From assembly GCA_040954595.2 (NCBI GenBank), contig CM082576.2, forward strand, positions 7,629,129-7,693,128: a DNA stretch of 64,000 bases. The letters run 5' to 3'. Shown in pieces: positions 39,175 to 53,400 of the stretch. Made by a program: the position numbers and the translations under genes. Position 1 is the first letter of the stretch. Every line of letters starts with the position of its first letter. The notes beneath the pieces were generated by a model, which did no database searches, was not told the DNA's origin, and saw only the letters and a program-made list of their open reading frames with translations. Source of the DNA: Balanoglossus misakiensis. Its lineage: Eukaryota > Animalia > Hemichordata.

Positions 39175-42100
39175 ATGGCAAGTTTACTGGGAGAACTCCA
39201 TGTTTGGTCATTGAAAAATGTTGTGGCCATAGCAGGTATGATAATATTGTCATTTTTTAATACCCAGTGCCTGAATTATTTAACTACAGACACAGCAACT
39301 ATTTACATATAAACCTTACAAAAGAAACATGTTGATTTGACATTGTACAGACCATCAGTGGTCATGCTTTATCATTTTATGTGTCCAAAAGTCCATTATG
39401 TTCACACTTCAACGTTCTTTGTAAAATGAACTCTTGGTTATTGGAGGGAACATGACCCACATAATTCTTGTTGTATTTGGACAGATGGTGACATAGGATG
39501 TTACACTTACCATGACAAGGGAGAACAGAGTGAGTTATTATGCTGTTATCTTTGAAAATAATAAAAGTGTCGCAATCCAAGACAACAGAGATTCTGCTAG
39601 TATCCTGAATTGTACTATTCATGAATATCGGATATATTACATTATTGGTCTCAAATCTTTTAATTTGATTTTCCAGCTGTTGCAAACCATTACTTAGAAG
39701 AAAAACAGCAGTATGCAGAAAGTAAGTTATTCTTCAGTTGACAGTGCAAGGTATCAGGGCAGTTATCCTCTGGCCCTGAACATTTAACCATATGGACATT
39801 TATTTGCCCACATTTGAATCAAGAGAAGTGGAGAACATTATGTTTGCAAAAGTACCTGTGTCTTTACAGTTCATTAACATAGGTCATATATCAATGTATA
39901 CTGTATTTTATAGGTAGAGATGTCACATGGGTTCCCAAGAATCGAAGACCAGAAAAACTCAGGGATACTATTAAAGAGTTGGAGGTATGGCTAAACAGTG
40001 TACTTTATGTGTGTCTTTTTTCATCAAGTTTACTACTTTGCTTGCTCGGTAGTACCAGTAGAATTTGGTCTGAAATGATTTAAAATTTTACTGTATATTT
40101 CTCTTTGTATTTGTAGGAGCTGTTAGTGTCACACAGATGTGTTCATATCAGATGGAAAGGAAGAAAATCATTCCAGGTAAATTGCCAGTGTTTTTTAATG
40201 GGGAAAAAATTCACACTTTTCACCACTAGAGGGCACACATCAAGTTACAAATGAAGTTCAAAATTGTGACACATGCTTACTCCTTGATTTATTACTGTTG
40301 AGATGACAGAGTTGCAAAGTTTTAAACTTTTAAAAGAAAATTGTGATACATACATGTACATGTATACTTTATTTATTTGTCATTCTTGTTTAATATTGGT
40401 GTATTTTATTACAGATTATCCTCAGCAATGGAGTCCTTGTCACAATCTACATATCAGTACACTCAGGAGATATAGAGAAGTTGTTGATTGATAAAACTTT
40501 ACAAGGAAAACTGGCTGCTGAACCTCTTAACAGTGGTAAGTTTGCCCTGCCTCTGACACTTTAGGTGGATCAAATTTCTAATATGATACAATGTGAAAGT
40601 AAAACACCACTCATCACTAATTGACACAAATTAATACCGCGGTACTCAAAGTTTCTAGATCATGGTGTGTACTGTGAACATTGACCATAGCATCATTGCA
40701 TTCTTGGTTTTCCATGCAGTTGATATTTCACATATTTGTTTTCTTGACAGCTGTGGTGACAGACAGTTTCTTTGTCTTCTCATACCCTGAGAAACCCAAA
40801 GTTACCTTGGTGTATTTCAATAAAAAACCACCGCCAGGAGAGACACCGTCTAAGAAAATTGACAAAGTCTCCACGCTTGATCCCAAGGTAGATTTCTGCA
40901 GTGATTTGTGTGTTGATGTAACCTAGGCTTTCAGTTTCAAAGACATTCTGTACTTCATTGTAAATCAGTTGACCGTTTGATTAATGGATATGTTTGATGT
41001 TAATATCTGCACTGTGAGTTCAATCCATATGATTCACATTCTGATCATTTCATGTTTGTACCCATTTGACAGATATCACACATTGATGTTCCTGGACCAA
41101 AGGGAAGAAGATTAGAGAGGAAACTATCTGTAAATACAAATCAGGAATGGGTAGGTCTTCAATTTCATACACTGGAAAAAAAATATAGCCTTTTACAGCA
41201 GACAACATCACCAAGGTGTTCTGACTACCGGTACCTAATTGATTGTAAATTTGTAAATTGGGATACTTTAAACAATTGTATAGTGTTGTTTGTCTTGTTT
41301 TCAGTTTGTAAGTATCTTTCAATGTTTATTCTTGCAGGTGGTTGTGTGGTGGCCAATATCTGGTGAAGAGGCCTGGCCGTGGTCTCCAATGTCCAGCGAC
41401 AGAGACAGAGCAAATATTGTTATGCTTGGCGTTGGTCTGTGAGTATCATTCAGAATCAAGTTGTGTCATTACATGTATATTCTTGGTGTAAACATGTTTG
41501 TCTACGGCCACCTGTTGAGAAATTGAGATCTTGGGATTTTATCCTAGACACGCGTTGTGCCCATTTTATATGTTTTGTTCTCTTCAACTACCAGAGGGAA
41601 GTTGGAAGAACTGTGTTTTGTCAGGTCAGAGTATGACCCGATACACGTTGCATTCAGGTAAGGTATTCTTCTTTGTAGTCCCATCATTTGAATGTTATAA
41701 CAGTTTGGGTCAGAAACATACACTACAAGCTAGGTTATTTTTATATTTTTGCCTTTCATGTTCAGTTCAACCCAGCCTCGTCATCTGTATACATTGGAAG
41801 TTGGCACATCAGCAGCTGGGGAGGCAGTTGTCGACAGCTGTATTTATGAATGCTCCAAATCAAAGGTAAGTCTCCATGGTTTCATTTACATTTAATACAT
41901 AGTCTATACATTAAAATTCTTGGTACACCAAGTTTGACTAAATCCTAGCTCACAAAATATTTCTACACAAGCTTGAATGAAACATGTTTGTTTTCAATTT
42001 TTAATGCAGATTCAGAGAGCAACCGTTACAACTATTCCAACTAAAGGTAAGACTAGAGGTCTCCTTAAGATTCAAAATTTATTCTCTGTCTAGTCTTGGC

Positions 42101-45100
42101 CAGACTTCTACCAAATCATTCAAAAATGACTCACAGATCTGATATCATTCACTGATTGTTGCAAAATTATTTACTTTTCACCACAGCTGGAATAACTGCA
42201 TTTGGCAGAAACTCTTCTGAAGATAAACTTATTCTTGTCTGTGATGATGCCAAAGTGGTAAGCATTGTGGATTTCTGTCATGTTTTCAGAGTTCATCAAT
42301 TAAATGAATGTTTTAATGTTTTATTAAAGTTTCTGTAATCATTTGTTTTTCACTATTTTTGGACACATTTATCAACAGGTACTTTATGATGAACACAAGC
42401 GATTGACGCAGTACACACAAGCTGAATTTGTGAGTATAATATTAGTACTTCTATCAGAAGTGGCATTATTTTCATGATTTTACTAGGGTGACCATATACC
42501 TTTAATGGTGCAATAGAAAACTCTAATCAATCTCATAATATGTTCATGAAAAAGGTCATTATATCCCTAGAACTAAGTGTAACGATACTTAGGTCTGGCA
42601 CTGCGTGTTAGGTTTTGAATAGTGCGTTCATACATACAGGTAGATGTTTGCCTTTTTTGCATGCACAGAAACCCTGGTCACTCATCAGTTTCTGTTGCAT
42701 GTGATTGTGTTTGTAGGAACCTAGTCTAGTGGCCTGGCATCCAGGTGGTTGCGCAGTATTTGTAGCCAGTAGTAGGGGTGAGATACAGGTAAGCCAAGAA
42801 TGCCAAAACATTCAGAAATTACCGTATCGAAAAGCAGCTTTCCTGGTTCAAATTAATCTAAATTTGTGAACTCAACGAAATCTGCATTTCGGGTGTATTG
42901 TGTCATTAGTGCTATGTGCATTGCAGCATTTCAACCTCAGTAGTGCATTAGTATTAGAGACATACACGTAGTTGCTTGACAGAGCATGGTAAGAATTTTG
43001 GAAGTCTCAGAATTAATTGTGCTAGCACTGTAGCAATGCCCGGTGACGGATTATCCCTGTTTAAAGTTGCATTCCTTGTCAACGATTGTTCATGATCTAT
43101 GTGAAACTCCTCTGCAGTGTTTTGACATGGCTCTCAACCCAATTCAAATGATGTTAGTAGGAGAAGACCCCAGACCATTTCCAACCTTGCAGCTTGGAAC
43201 CTATTTCAGGTGAGTGTACTCTGTTAGGCCTGAAAGTGTTGTGGTTTCTGCGGTCAGTATTTGCCAGTACAAACTGGCACTCTAAAGTATAATGTATGTA
43301 CATGATCTTCCGCTTACATTGAAGTTAATGTACAGTAAAGTACATGCTTGTCTAACCATTGTAAGTATTTAAAATGGTCTGTGTATTGACTGTAACAAAA
43401 AATGTATCCTACACATCTGTAGGTCTCCTACAAGTCTTGTCAATATGAGCTGGTGTCGACTCGTCAATTCTTCCACCAATGAGTACATACCGGATGCGAT
43501 TGACTCATTACTGTTGGCATTTGACAGGTAAGCTTGCATTCTTGGAAGTTGTACATGTCTTTGGGAAGAATTACTAGATCCACCAGTAGTTCATCAAACA
43601 GTTCTACCAATATTACACAAACATCTCAATTTCAGTTTTGATTCCTTTCTACTTTACAGGGGACCATTAGCAATGCTTCAGATTCATCTGGGTGTTATGA
43701 GCCACGGCAAGTTGGAAGCACAGCAGTTAGTACGTCAGTATCTGCACTACAAACAGTCCGATGAGGTGAGAATGGAAGCTGTAGCATCTGACAAGTTGAT
43801 TTGTTTTCAGGCTCTATTCAGTTGATTCATCACAATCACGTATATCTGTATCTGTTTTGCTTTAGGCTGTCAATTTGTTGACTGCAATGAATTGGAACAC
43901 CGAGGGCGCTGCCTGCTTTGCATGCCTCACAGCCATCATGGATTACCTACTGCGACAGCCACTGAATGAAGACAATGAAGGTATCATGTGCTAATTTTGT
44001 TGTGCTTTCTGTTGCTCACATAGGAGTGAGTCATAACTTTAAAAGTTCATGTCCTTTGGTGGAAGATAACACAACCAACCTTCACATCTTTTCTCTCTTT
44101 TTGAAATCTTCATTTGATGTATTATAATAAAAAATTCTTAAAGTGGCCCTGCACCTGTCTTTATTCCACAGTGACATTGATATCATTACTGAAATATTTC
44201 CTCTTTTGACAGCTGCACTGGAAGCTGCCCTTGGCAGTTTCTATGCTCCACCAAGGTCACTGTCAGAAGTCATTGTTATTGAATACAGGGATCCCATCAG
44301 CAGACTTGCTAGACGGTTCTTCCATCATCTGCTCAGGTATGACACTTGACCTCTGACAGGGTTGATGACATGTAGCCATAGAAACACATCCCTTTCAAGA
44401 AGAGTTCTCCATCAGTGACTGAGTGTGTAGTCCTGGTGTAAAAACATTTTCCTACCAAAGCATATAATGGAAAAGAAAAGCAGTTTTTCATCTGCCTGGC
44501 TGAGCACTCAAACATGGGAGCAATAAAAGGAAACTGTGATTTGACTTTTTTGCACACAGGTTTCAAAGGTTTGAAAAGGCTTTCCTGCTGGCTGTAGATT
44601 TGCACTCAAGAGACTTATTTATGGTAAGGCACCAACCTCAAAATGAACCCTTGCACGAAGTTATTCAACCATTAACAACTCTCACTGTAGCTGAACACAA
44701 CACAACTCTTTTTTAAATGTTTTTAGGATTGAGTGTAACATTTCATATCCAATATCACAGCAGAGGTGTGATAGTCAAAATATTCCAAGGATACATATTT
44801 GTGGCTCTCATTTCATCGTAAGTTTTTTACATCGATGTTTCTTGCAGGACATACATTACCTTGCCCTTGACAGAGGGGAGCGTGCATTGGCTGCTGCGGC
44901 CAAAAAGAAAGCTGAAGATATCGAGAATGATCATCATTCATCCAGTTCAGGTAAACAGAAAAAATGTTTGCTTTATTCAGCCAACATGACTTTCCTTACC
45001 ACCATCCTGACTTATACCATCAATGTCATTCTGCTATATCTTTTCAGATCCCCAATGCATGCAGTTTTATTGATAATGCCATGTTTTTTTCCCCCCAAAC

Positions 45101-48100
45101 CAGAGAGTATGGATTCTTCCGTTGACGAGTTTGGTGACCGTGGCTCACTGGACAATGGGGAAGACAGCGATGACCCTGATGGTAGAGGTCGCATTGATGC
45201 AGTTGGCTACGGCAAGAGGTAATGTTATTTTCTTTGCTGACCTGCATGATGACAGTTAATGTTGAATGCCGGCAAAAGTGGAGTGTTTGTTTTCACTTTT
45301 GTAGAAAACTTAAAACCATTCTATTTCAAATTACAAGTTTCCTTCCCACATTTATTAAATATTTCTTAACTTTTCATTTAGTGTAAAAAAATTGTAAAAT
45401 TTAAGCATGTTAAATTAATATAAATGAAATTCATGAATGAAAAGTGTTTTTTTAAATAAAATACTAAGGTGATACTTCCCCTAAAAGTAATAAAATAAAA
45501 ATAATACATAGTAAGAACACACCCTACTAATCCATTTGTAGTTGAACATAATACTAATCGATATTAGGTAATTTCAGTTGATAAATAATCATAAAAGCAA
45601 CTTCACCCCTTCCTCTGTAACTTTATAAGTTTCATTTGAAGTGGTGTAGTGGTGGGAATTTCTTTGTAATAGGAGGATTAGGTCAATATGCCATCCCACA
45701 TATAAAGGGTGTTGGGTAGAGTGTGGTCAGATTTCATTGTAGGAAATCACCAAGTAAGTCTGCTAATGGAAGTAGGCAAAGGAAGTCAAAATATCACCGT
45801 CAGCAGCTAAACAGAAGAGACAGTGATAGGAATGGAGGTGCTAGTAGCTATGGCAAGAGGTAGGAGTTACTTTGAAGGCGTGGGTTGGAATCGGACGGCC
45901 ACAACTGTTTCTGGGTTTCGTGATGATTTATACAGCTTTTGGCGTGTTTGCCTAATTAATGTACAGAGAAAGTGAAAGTTGGCTAATCTTTGCAAGGAGT
46001 CGAGTCTGTGAGGATATCATACAGAGACAGAGAAGATATTGTAGGGAATACGACATGGACAGATATAAAGACCTATTTGATGAATTCAAAGTGTGAAAAA
46101 AGTGGCCATGATTTTTATTTAACAAGTACACAAGCAAGAAGGAAAAAATATCTGGTGATTGCTCTGTAGCCTCACTGTGTTTAAATACCATGAATGCACT
46201 GACTTCTGATGCTATGTGGCTTCCTGCACTTAAAATTATATGTATATGTTCCGTGCTGTAACATAGCATAGCCTGGGTGGTAAGTGGTATAACTTTGAGT
46301 GGGGCAGCACGAGGAATACATGGTGTTATGTGGGGCTTGGTTAATTAATAGGGACAAATAGGGCTACATGGTGTGCTTTGCACACAGGATATAGGGGCAA
46401 TTTACCATGCATAGACGACTGGCAATAGGATCTGTTGGTGCTGATTTGCCAATCACAAATTTACAGTGGCAAATAAAAGTCCAATATTGCACTAATATGT
46501 TTTGCAACACTCAACCAGAATTTCACCCAACTCAGTATACCAAATTGGCCATCACTCTGATTTCATCTGCAATGGTTTGATAATGATTATCTAAGAACTC
46601 TGTGCAAATGGCTAACCTCGTTGATAGCAGCCATAATGACCCTCACCAGCTTTGTGATTTGTGTCAAAGTGCAATGAAAACAGTACCCTTATTGGTAGTG
46701 TTGCCACTGTTGGTAAGGGACCTTTTTCGTAGATTGATTTAGATTTAGTTTCAAGTAAGGACATTCTGCCCATTTCAACTAGAACCACATAACTAATTTT
46801 TCTGTGAATATCTGATGTATGTATTATGAAGTTGTTTTATGGCAACTGGTAATAAATGCTGGTCACCATGTACTGTTCTTAAATTAAATTCCAGATTTAT
46901 CAGTGTCGTCTGTGATAATGTGTAAAGTTCAGTCTGCCAATCCTGAAAATTCATGGGTTAAATTATTTGTTGTTAAAGATATTTTACCACTGTGATAAAA
47001 TTAAAAGCAGTCCCAGTCCAGTGCATTCAACAGTAATCACATACCACTGCAAACACATATGCACACATCACAGGTATTTTACTTCATAGAAAATGTTTCT
47101 ATCACAGCACTGACATGAATGATATCTATCTGGATGACGTTGGTGATGGCAGTGTTCCGGTGCCAGGTGATGTGTACGCTGCTGTGCTCCGGAATGATCC
47201 ACTGGTCTTAGCTGCCGGAGGTTAGTTTTCCCAGTATTTTCCCTGAATGGTGACAAATAATACCCCAAATGGGAATTCATTCATCCTGACTGGGTATGAC
47301 TTCAGTCTTGGTGTTAATTGGCCCCCATTTTATTTCAAGAGGAAATGTTGAGTGTTCACTGTATCCGATTGGAGTTTGTCTGTAAATGTTCTGGGAACAG
47401 AATTTCCCTGGTAGAAATTATTACACAAGTATGGCCCCACTTGTCACTATTCTTGATTTATTGTTTTGTAATGTTTATCTGATGCCTGATCATGTATATC
47501 CTGTTTGTGGAAGTGGATACACTGACTCTCTATATCAAAAATGATTTTTTTCTTATTCCTCAGAATTTAAATGTCACAAAACAGGTTTTTAAAAACGTTT
47601 GTTAGGATCTATTGTTGTCGCTAACAATTAACAATGTCAAATGATGACACTCACTGTATACGTGTATACAGTGGTTGTCATTGTAATAAACAGCAGATGG
47701 TTTAATTGATCTGTTTCAGTGTTAGGTGCACCCACTGAGTGCCATGATCCTGTATTCAGTGTGTTTGAATTGTGAAAGTTACTGGTACAGGCGAACATTG
47801 GTAGTCTTCATCCTCATTAACCTTTGAACCTTAAATCCCTGTATGATGTCATCAGTCTCCAGGGGGTCTGGATTCAAAGGGTTAACCGTTTCAAGAGCAT
47901 AATTTGAAACTCTTACTTGAGAAGAGAATTAAGCAACTGTGGATCAGTCACTACAGTGTCTCACTGTCATGCCAACTTCTTCCATCAGCAAATATTTTGT
48001 TTTGAAGAAAGTATTTTTGGAATTGACATTGCAGGTGGTGGTAACCAGGGACAATATGATTCTGACAGGGAAGGCGACACGAAGACTCTGAAAGTCATTC

Positions 48101-48117
48101 ACTTTGGACTTGTGTGA
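39175..48117 (+). CDS. WDPCP: WD repeat-containing planar cell polarity effector Fritz
   Basis: Exons 39175-39235 (MASLLGELHVWSLKN), 39485-39529, 39677-39721, 39914-39984 (KNRRPEKLRD), 40117-40176, 40415-40535, 40751-40887, 41073-41150, 41338-41438 (WWP...AWPWSP), 41595-41657, 41766-41865, 42010-42046, 42187-42257, 42379-42429, 42717-42788, 43118-43209, 43421-43527, 43660-43765, 43866-43980, 44213-44336 (ARRFFHHLLR), 44560-44623, 44848-44950, 45104-45218, [45743-45859], 47108-47220 and 48035-48117. The last exon ends LKVIHFGLV, the conserved WDPCP C-terminus. Confidence 0.95.
45967..46096 (+). CDS. Candidate alternative terminal exon of WDPCP
   Basis: TACAG acceptor at 45962-45966, phase 2 compatible with the upstream donors. 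It is open for 42 codons (ESESWLIFARSRVCEDIIQRQRRYCREYDMDRYKDLFDEFKV) to TGA at 46094-46096, with AATAAA downstream near 46472 and 46851. Confidence 0.4.
47817..47885. mobile_element. 69-bp piggyBac-like miniature element in the last WDPCP intron
   Basis: TTAACCTTTGAA...TTCAAAGGGTTAA: inverted termini with TTAA at both ends. Confidence 0.65.
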
Positions 48118-49699
48118 ATGAAGATTATCAGCGCCAAGGTGTCGGGATGAAAAATACTAATCACCAGTTGTTAAAAGTAAAGAGAGGTCTTGTCTACTTC
48201 AAAGAGGGAAGCAAAACGCCCCAAAACTCCTGACTGTATAATGGTATACCCAGCATTGCAAGGCGACTCTGCTGGTGTTGTGGAATTTTGATTGTCCTTA
48301 AATCATATACAATGAATCTCACATTTAGTTTTAGAGAGCAATAGTTAAAAATTGTGTATATGTTTATGATGTACCAGTATTTACTCACGTTCCACCACTG
48401 ATTATCTGAAATTTTCCATTTTATACTTTGAATATATTTATTCATCCCGAAATGGGGATGATATCTGAGGTATGTTTTTATCTGTACTTGAAACACTTTG
48501 TATATATTGATTGCTAACATGGACTGTGAGTTTAGCAAGAAACTTTATTTACAGTGATGTAACAAGGCACATGTTAGAAAGAGCCAATGAAATGATAAAA
48601 CATGGAAAAAAGGCGGGCAGATGTTTATATCAGAATGAAAAATTTGACGAACATTGATTTAACTAATTGAAGTGGATAATAATTTCCTTCAAAAAGAATG
48701 CAGTATTTGCCATCTCCGAGGGTAATTGTTCAGCGATATTGGACTGTAAAATATGAACACTGAATAAATTAAAATATATTTGTAATGTTTTTATAGCAAA
48801 TAGTGTCTCTTTGTGAGCATTTTCATATTTGGACTGTGTGTGTATACCGAGTGCATTGACAGTTTCATTTGAAGATAAATTTACCCAAGAGCCTTTTGTG
48901 CTTGTGGACAACTGAACCATCACAGCATGTTTGACATTCAGGAAAATGTTAAAAATTAACATCTGAGACACGAGGAGATTGTCTTTCGATCAAAGACACA
49001 TAGAGTGATTTTTGAGCAATGAAGATTGTAAGCCAAATTCATGTTTCTTGCCCTTTCTTCAAGGCCATACAAACACTAATGATGATGCTGATACTTCCTC
49101 TTGTCCAAACTATAATTGCAAGAAAATCCGGGCGATAGTGAAGATCGGGGTTACACAAGGTCACCATGGGATTGGCCACGTACTCGAAACTAAAGCGTGA
49201 CGCATCAGCTGCACTGTAGTCCATGGGTGCAATCACAAGCACTTCTTGCCCGGATATTCTGTAGCGGATAGTCTAAAATAAAATTTGAGGCCTTTTAATA
49301 TCCACTTAAAACTATATAAATTATCTGGCCGACAAGGATCATTCACAAACGCTTGTTCATATCATAAAATCATGAACATGGTGAGGAACTTTTTGGTGAT
49401 ATAAATTTGCAATATAACAACCCCTGGTCACCCACATTGTTGTAGGTTCGTTTACAGATTATTTTTATTAAAAATATAATATCCCTGTTTATATTTTCAA
49501 AAGTCGGACTAAACTCAGGCCGCTCCTGCTCCAGAAATGCGGGAAAAGTTTTGGGAGAGTTCATTTCCGAACAAGGGGCACTTGGATCTGTGGGATTAAT
49601 TCTCCGATCGAGAACACATCGAAGCGGTGAATAATATGATGTTCCTACAGCAGTTTCAAAACCATTGTTGCTATAATTTCTCGGGAATGTTCACCTTCA

Positions 49700-50460
49700 G
49701 CCGTCCTTTGTCGTACACATTTAACCGCAACTACACCCATACCGATTCGATATATGAATAGAGCGAACCAGAGAGCCGCCGCCCACTTTTTTTTTACCCA
49801 TAATCCAAGCGCAAAGAACACAAGTACATGCTGTATGCCTGTGCTGTGTGTTTATACGGAGCAAGATGGAGGACGGAATCAACATCGGTAAGTGGTCTTT
49901 CTCTGAGTTTTTGCGGTTTTTCTGACAGACAGGAAGGTTCCATCCCTTTATCGATATTTGTTCAGCACCGGTGCCGAAGAACTCCGAGGGTACGACCGAC
50001 CGAAGCCCAGGTGACACGATCAAATGACATCATGTGACAAGTGCGATTTTCTCCACTCAGTCCCGTGGTCATCCACACACGCACGGCCGTTCATTCATTC
50101 AACAACATATGCTGTGCGGCCTTTGCAAGGGCCCTGTTGTTTTGCTAGACTCAGGCGTGATGTTGTCAGTCAAAAGCCTCGTCAAACTAGTAGTTGTTTA
50201 GGCGCCATTACATTGCACGTGATTATCTGTTGGCTAATTTTGCTGTGTGGTCGCCTTGGCTAAAAATAAACCGTAATCGGCGTAAACGTTGGTCGCTTGA
50301 TGAAGTTGCGACTCCCGTGTTTATGTGTCTATGTGCTGCACGGACTTCCGTGTAGCTTTCTCGATGTTCATATATATAACTTGTATAAGTTGTAACGAGA
50401 TCTAGATCAGCTTGGTCCGGCGTCGATGAAGTCACTCATCTACGTGCGATTTCCTCTTTT
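49700..50460 (+). promoter_or_regulatory. CpG-rich promoter/first-exon region of the next gene
   Basis: Local CpG enrichment, GC-box-like GCCGCCGCCCAC at about 49775, and an ATG followed by a strong donor at 49866-49893. Confidence 0.5.
49866..49887 (+). CDS. Candidate short first coding exon (MEDGINI-) of an unidentified downstream gene
   Basis: AAGATGG Kozak/YY1-like context followed by a consensus G|GTAAGT donor (phase 1) in a CpG-enriched promoter-like region. No homology recognised. Confidence 0.35.
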
Positions 50461-53400
50461 GCATCATTCAATGTGTGTGTTAGGAAGTACCCAGGCATAA
50501 AATATACTGAATGTCACAAGGATAACGACCCGAAAGAAAATATCTGTTGAAAATAGACACGAAAGAATCTGTGAAAACCGTGTATATTGCACGTAGAATG
50601 TGTAAATTTCGGCCGATATCCGGAATATGAAATCTGTACAGTTGTTTTGATTGTAATTTCCAGAATTAGTCCTTAACCTAAGGTCATCACAGGAAAGGTG
50701 TGTCCATGTTGACAAAAAATTACACAGTTCCCCAATCCCCAGAACTATATATCATGACAATGGTTCTCATAGACTTGATAGGTTTCCCAAACATGGCTAA
50801 AAGATACACATTTGTTTTTCCAACTTTTGAAGCCTTTTCCAGATTCATGGAAACTACACTTATTTCCAACATTTTCAAATGCGATCATTCAGCAAGATTG
50901 ACAGGGCCAGGAACATTTTTTTGGAGTACACATACATGATTAATACCCAGATCATTCTTCAGCACTCTCACTGACTGCCCTGGTCACAGGCACTTGTAGA
51001 ATTATCGCCGACACCCCCATAACTTTCAACATATATTGTACTTCACAATATCTAACCACACAGCTTGAGATAGAGTCCATCCATTCATCATTGTACTCCA
51101 TCACAATAGCATTGTCTGTAGTCCAAACAAACACACCTGAATGGAATGGCGGCACACCCTGGGGTTGCATGTCACTATTCCAATTCATGCAATTTTTTCA
51201 CTTTGATGAATGGCATATTTTTCTTCAATATTCTCAATATCGGTGATGTAATTTATACTGGCTCATTTATACCATGCTCATAAATGACTGAAAAGTGTGA
51301 ATATCAGCATCTTCAGTGTTGTTGTAGCAGTTATGTGTTCTAGACCATATGAGTGAGTGACATTAATTATGTTCTATTTAAATCAATGATAATAGCCTTT
51401 TGTGGGATATTATAAACACTGCTGTCATTCTTTGAATTGGCTGGCATGTTGTCACAATGTGTTGTTGGTCTATCATTTTTATGCGCTAAAAAATTACATC
51501 ATCAATTATTGACATGACAAGCGGGATGAAAGTGCTGCTCCCTTAGCAATAATGCACCATCTTGTTATTGGCCAGAACATCATGAAATAACGAGAATTAT
51601 ACCAAAATATGACTGAGACTTTGTCTTGGGTGAAGTGTAAATTACCCCAGTTCGTAAATCAAAATGTTAACATTTGCTGTTAATTCATCGTGGCTGTTTG
51701 TTGTCAGCGCTCAAAGCCAGATCACCTGACCTGTGGCGAGGCCTCACTGTCTGTGGACAGAAACTCTCCTCAAATCAATACCAGATATACATTAGCAGAA
51801 TTCTCCCCTTTGACTGGAAGTGATTCAATAAGTGCAACATCTGTTCGAGTTGTCCAATATCGGTTTATGTCATTGAGAGAATTCTTACAACCACAATATT
51901 TCTGTTATTAATTGAATTATGCAGCAGCAAATTTTACATGGGGGAACGATATCTTCACCGCCAATTTTTTCACATCCATGTCTAATAATAGATCTAGTCT
52001 AATTACAGACTCAGTGATGCATTAAGTCCTTCAAATTGATCAATGATTTATGCACAGAACAGTACAAGTCATTATCAGTGCGGAAAATTTTAATGACGTC
52101 CTGGGTAGAACTGGGAAATAAATGCTTATCATGTTTTCCTTCATCTGGAGAATTATGCATATTTTCTGTTGTATAGAATTGGTGTTTTACTATGTGTAGA
52201 ACTATTAAACTGGGATGGATATTTTTTTTTTTTTTGGGGGGGGGGGTAGGTACAAGGTATTGAAGTATAAATGGAAGGATAGGATCTTTAAAGGGACATT
52301 GAAAAAAAAAATTCATGCCACCTGTTGTTATGTATTCAATTTTGCTTTCTGCCATTGTTGGTCTGTTCTCGGAGGAAAGGTTGGAATGGGGGAAATTCCT
52401 GCTTCTCCAATGTGTATCCAGTGTGATGTTCAGATTCTGTTGTTTCCCTTGGCAAACGACAAATCCTGGAATAATAGAAAACATATTCAGAGTTAAAAAT
52501 TAATAAAATCCATTATCGTTTAAAAAGGAGGACCACATTGTAATGAAACTGAAATGCGCACCGGTTGTTGCATGCTCGTCGTTTTAAATTACAAATTACT
52601 GTTTCCCTAATAAGGTCATTTGTCAGGTCACTCGAGCAGGCGTGTGTTGAAGTGGGGCGAAGTTATCTTCTGCGCAGGCGACATTACATCTCAGCTGTTA
52701 CCACACATATCCTTATTCCTCTCGCGGACATTAAAAGTCAGAACATGTGTTGAAATTGTTGTGCAGAAATACGATACAGGCTTAGCTGTTTCGACTGTGG
52801 TCTAGTCTGATAAACATTCCCAGGACTTCGTTGTATGCGTTGCAGAAACTTCGAAGATGTTGTTTTGCTGTTTGGGGTCTTTGACCCATTCTTGCTGGCC
52901 ACATCGAGCCACTCTAGAGTTTTTTGGCTTTCTTTAAAAAACACACCGAGAAAACGTTGCAAAATATGACCTGAATATCAAATATGACCTTGGATGAACT
53001 TGTTTTGGTGTCCAACAGTGCAGGGTTGTCTTTTGTGATCGGTCAAGAACTGTCCTTGTGAAGCAAAACAATTGAGTAATGAGAACATCAACAACACCAA
53101 GTTCCAGTTTGTAAATGGCCGATAAATCCATCTTTAGTTCTTGTCTTTAATTAATGACCATGAAAAGCCAATTTTCTAGGCCAGTGCCGTAGTGGTTCAC
53201 TGGGCAAAGGATCTTCATTGTCCCGCCAAAATTGGTTGTCATGGCTGAACGGTCCCTGTTTCTGTGGCAAATGTGAAAAGGACCCAAAAAGGGCTGATTT
53301 GGAAGGGGAAAAAGGGTGAACCAGGGTGGAGCTTGTATCCCCTATGTCGGACACATGGCACTAAATACACACCTTTTCATTGCAATGCAAGCTGCCATGC

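Noticed and set aside
45190-45859. Repeated GKR as neuropeptide amidation/cleavage sites
   Set aside because: WDPCP is cytoplasmic with no signal peptide. The final Arg codon is split by the intron and becomes Ser when spliced to 47108.
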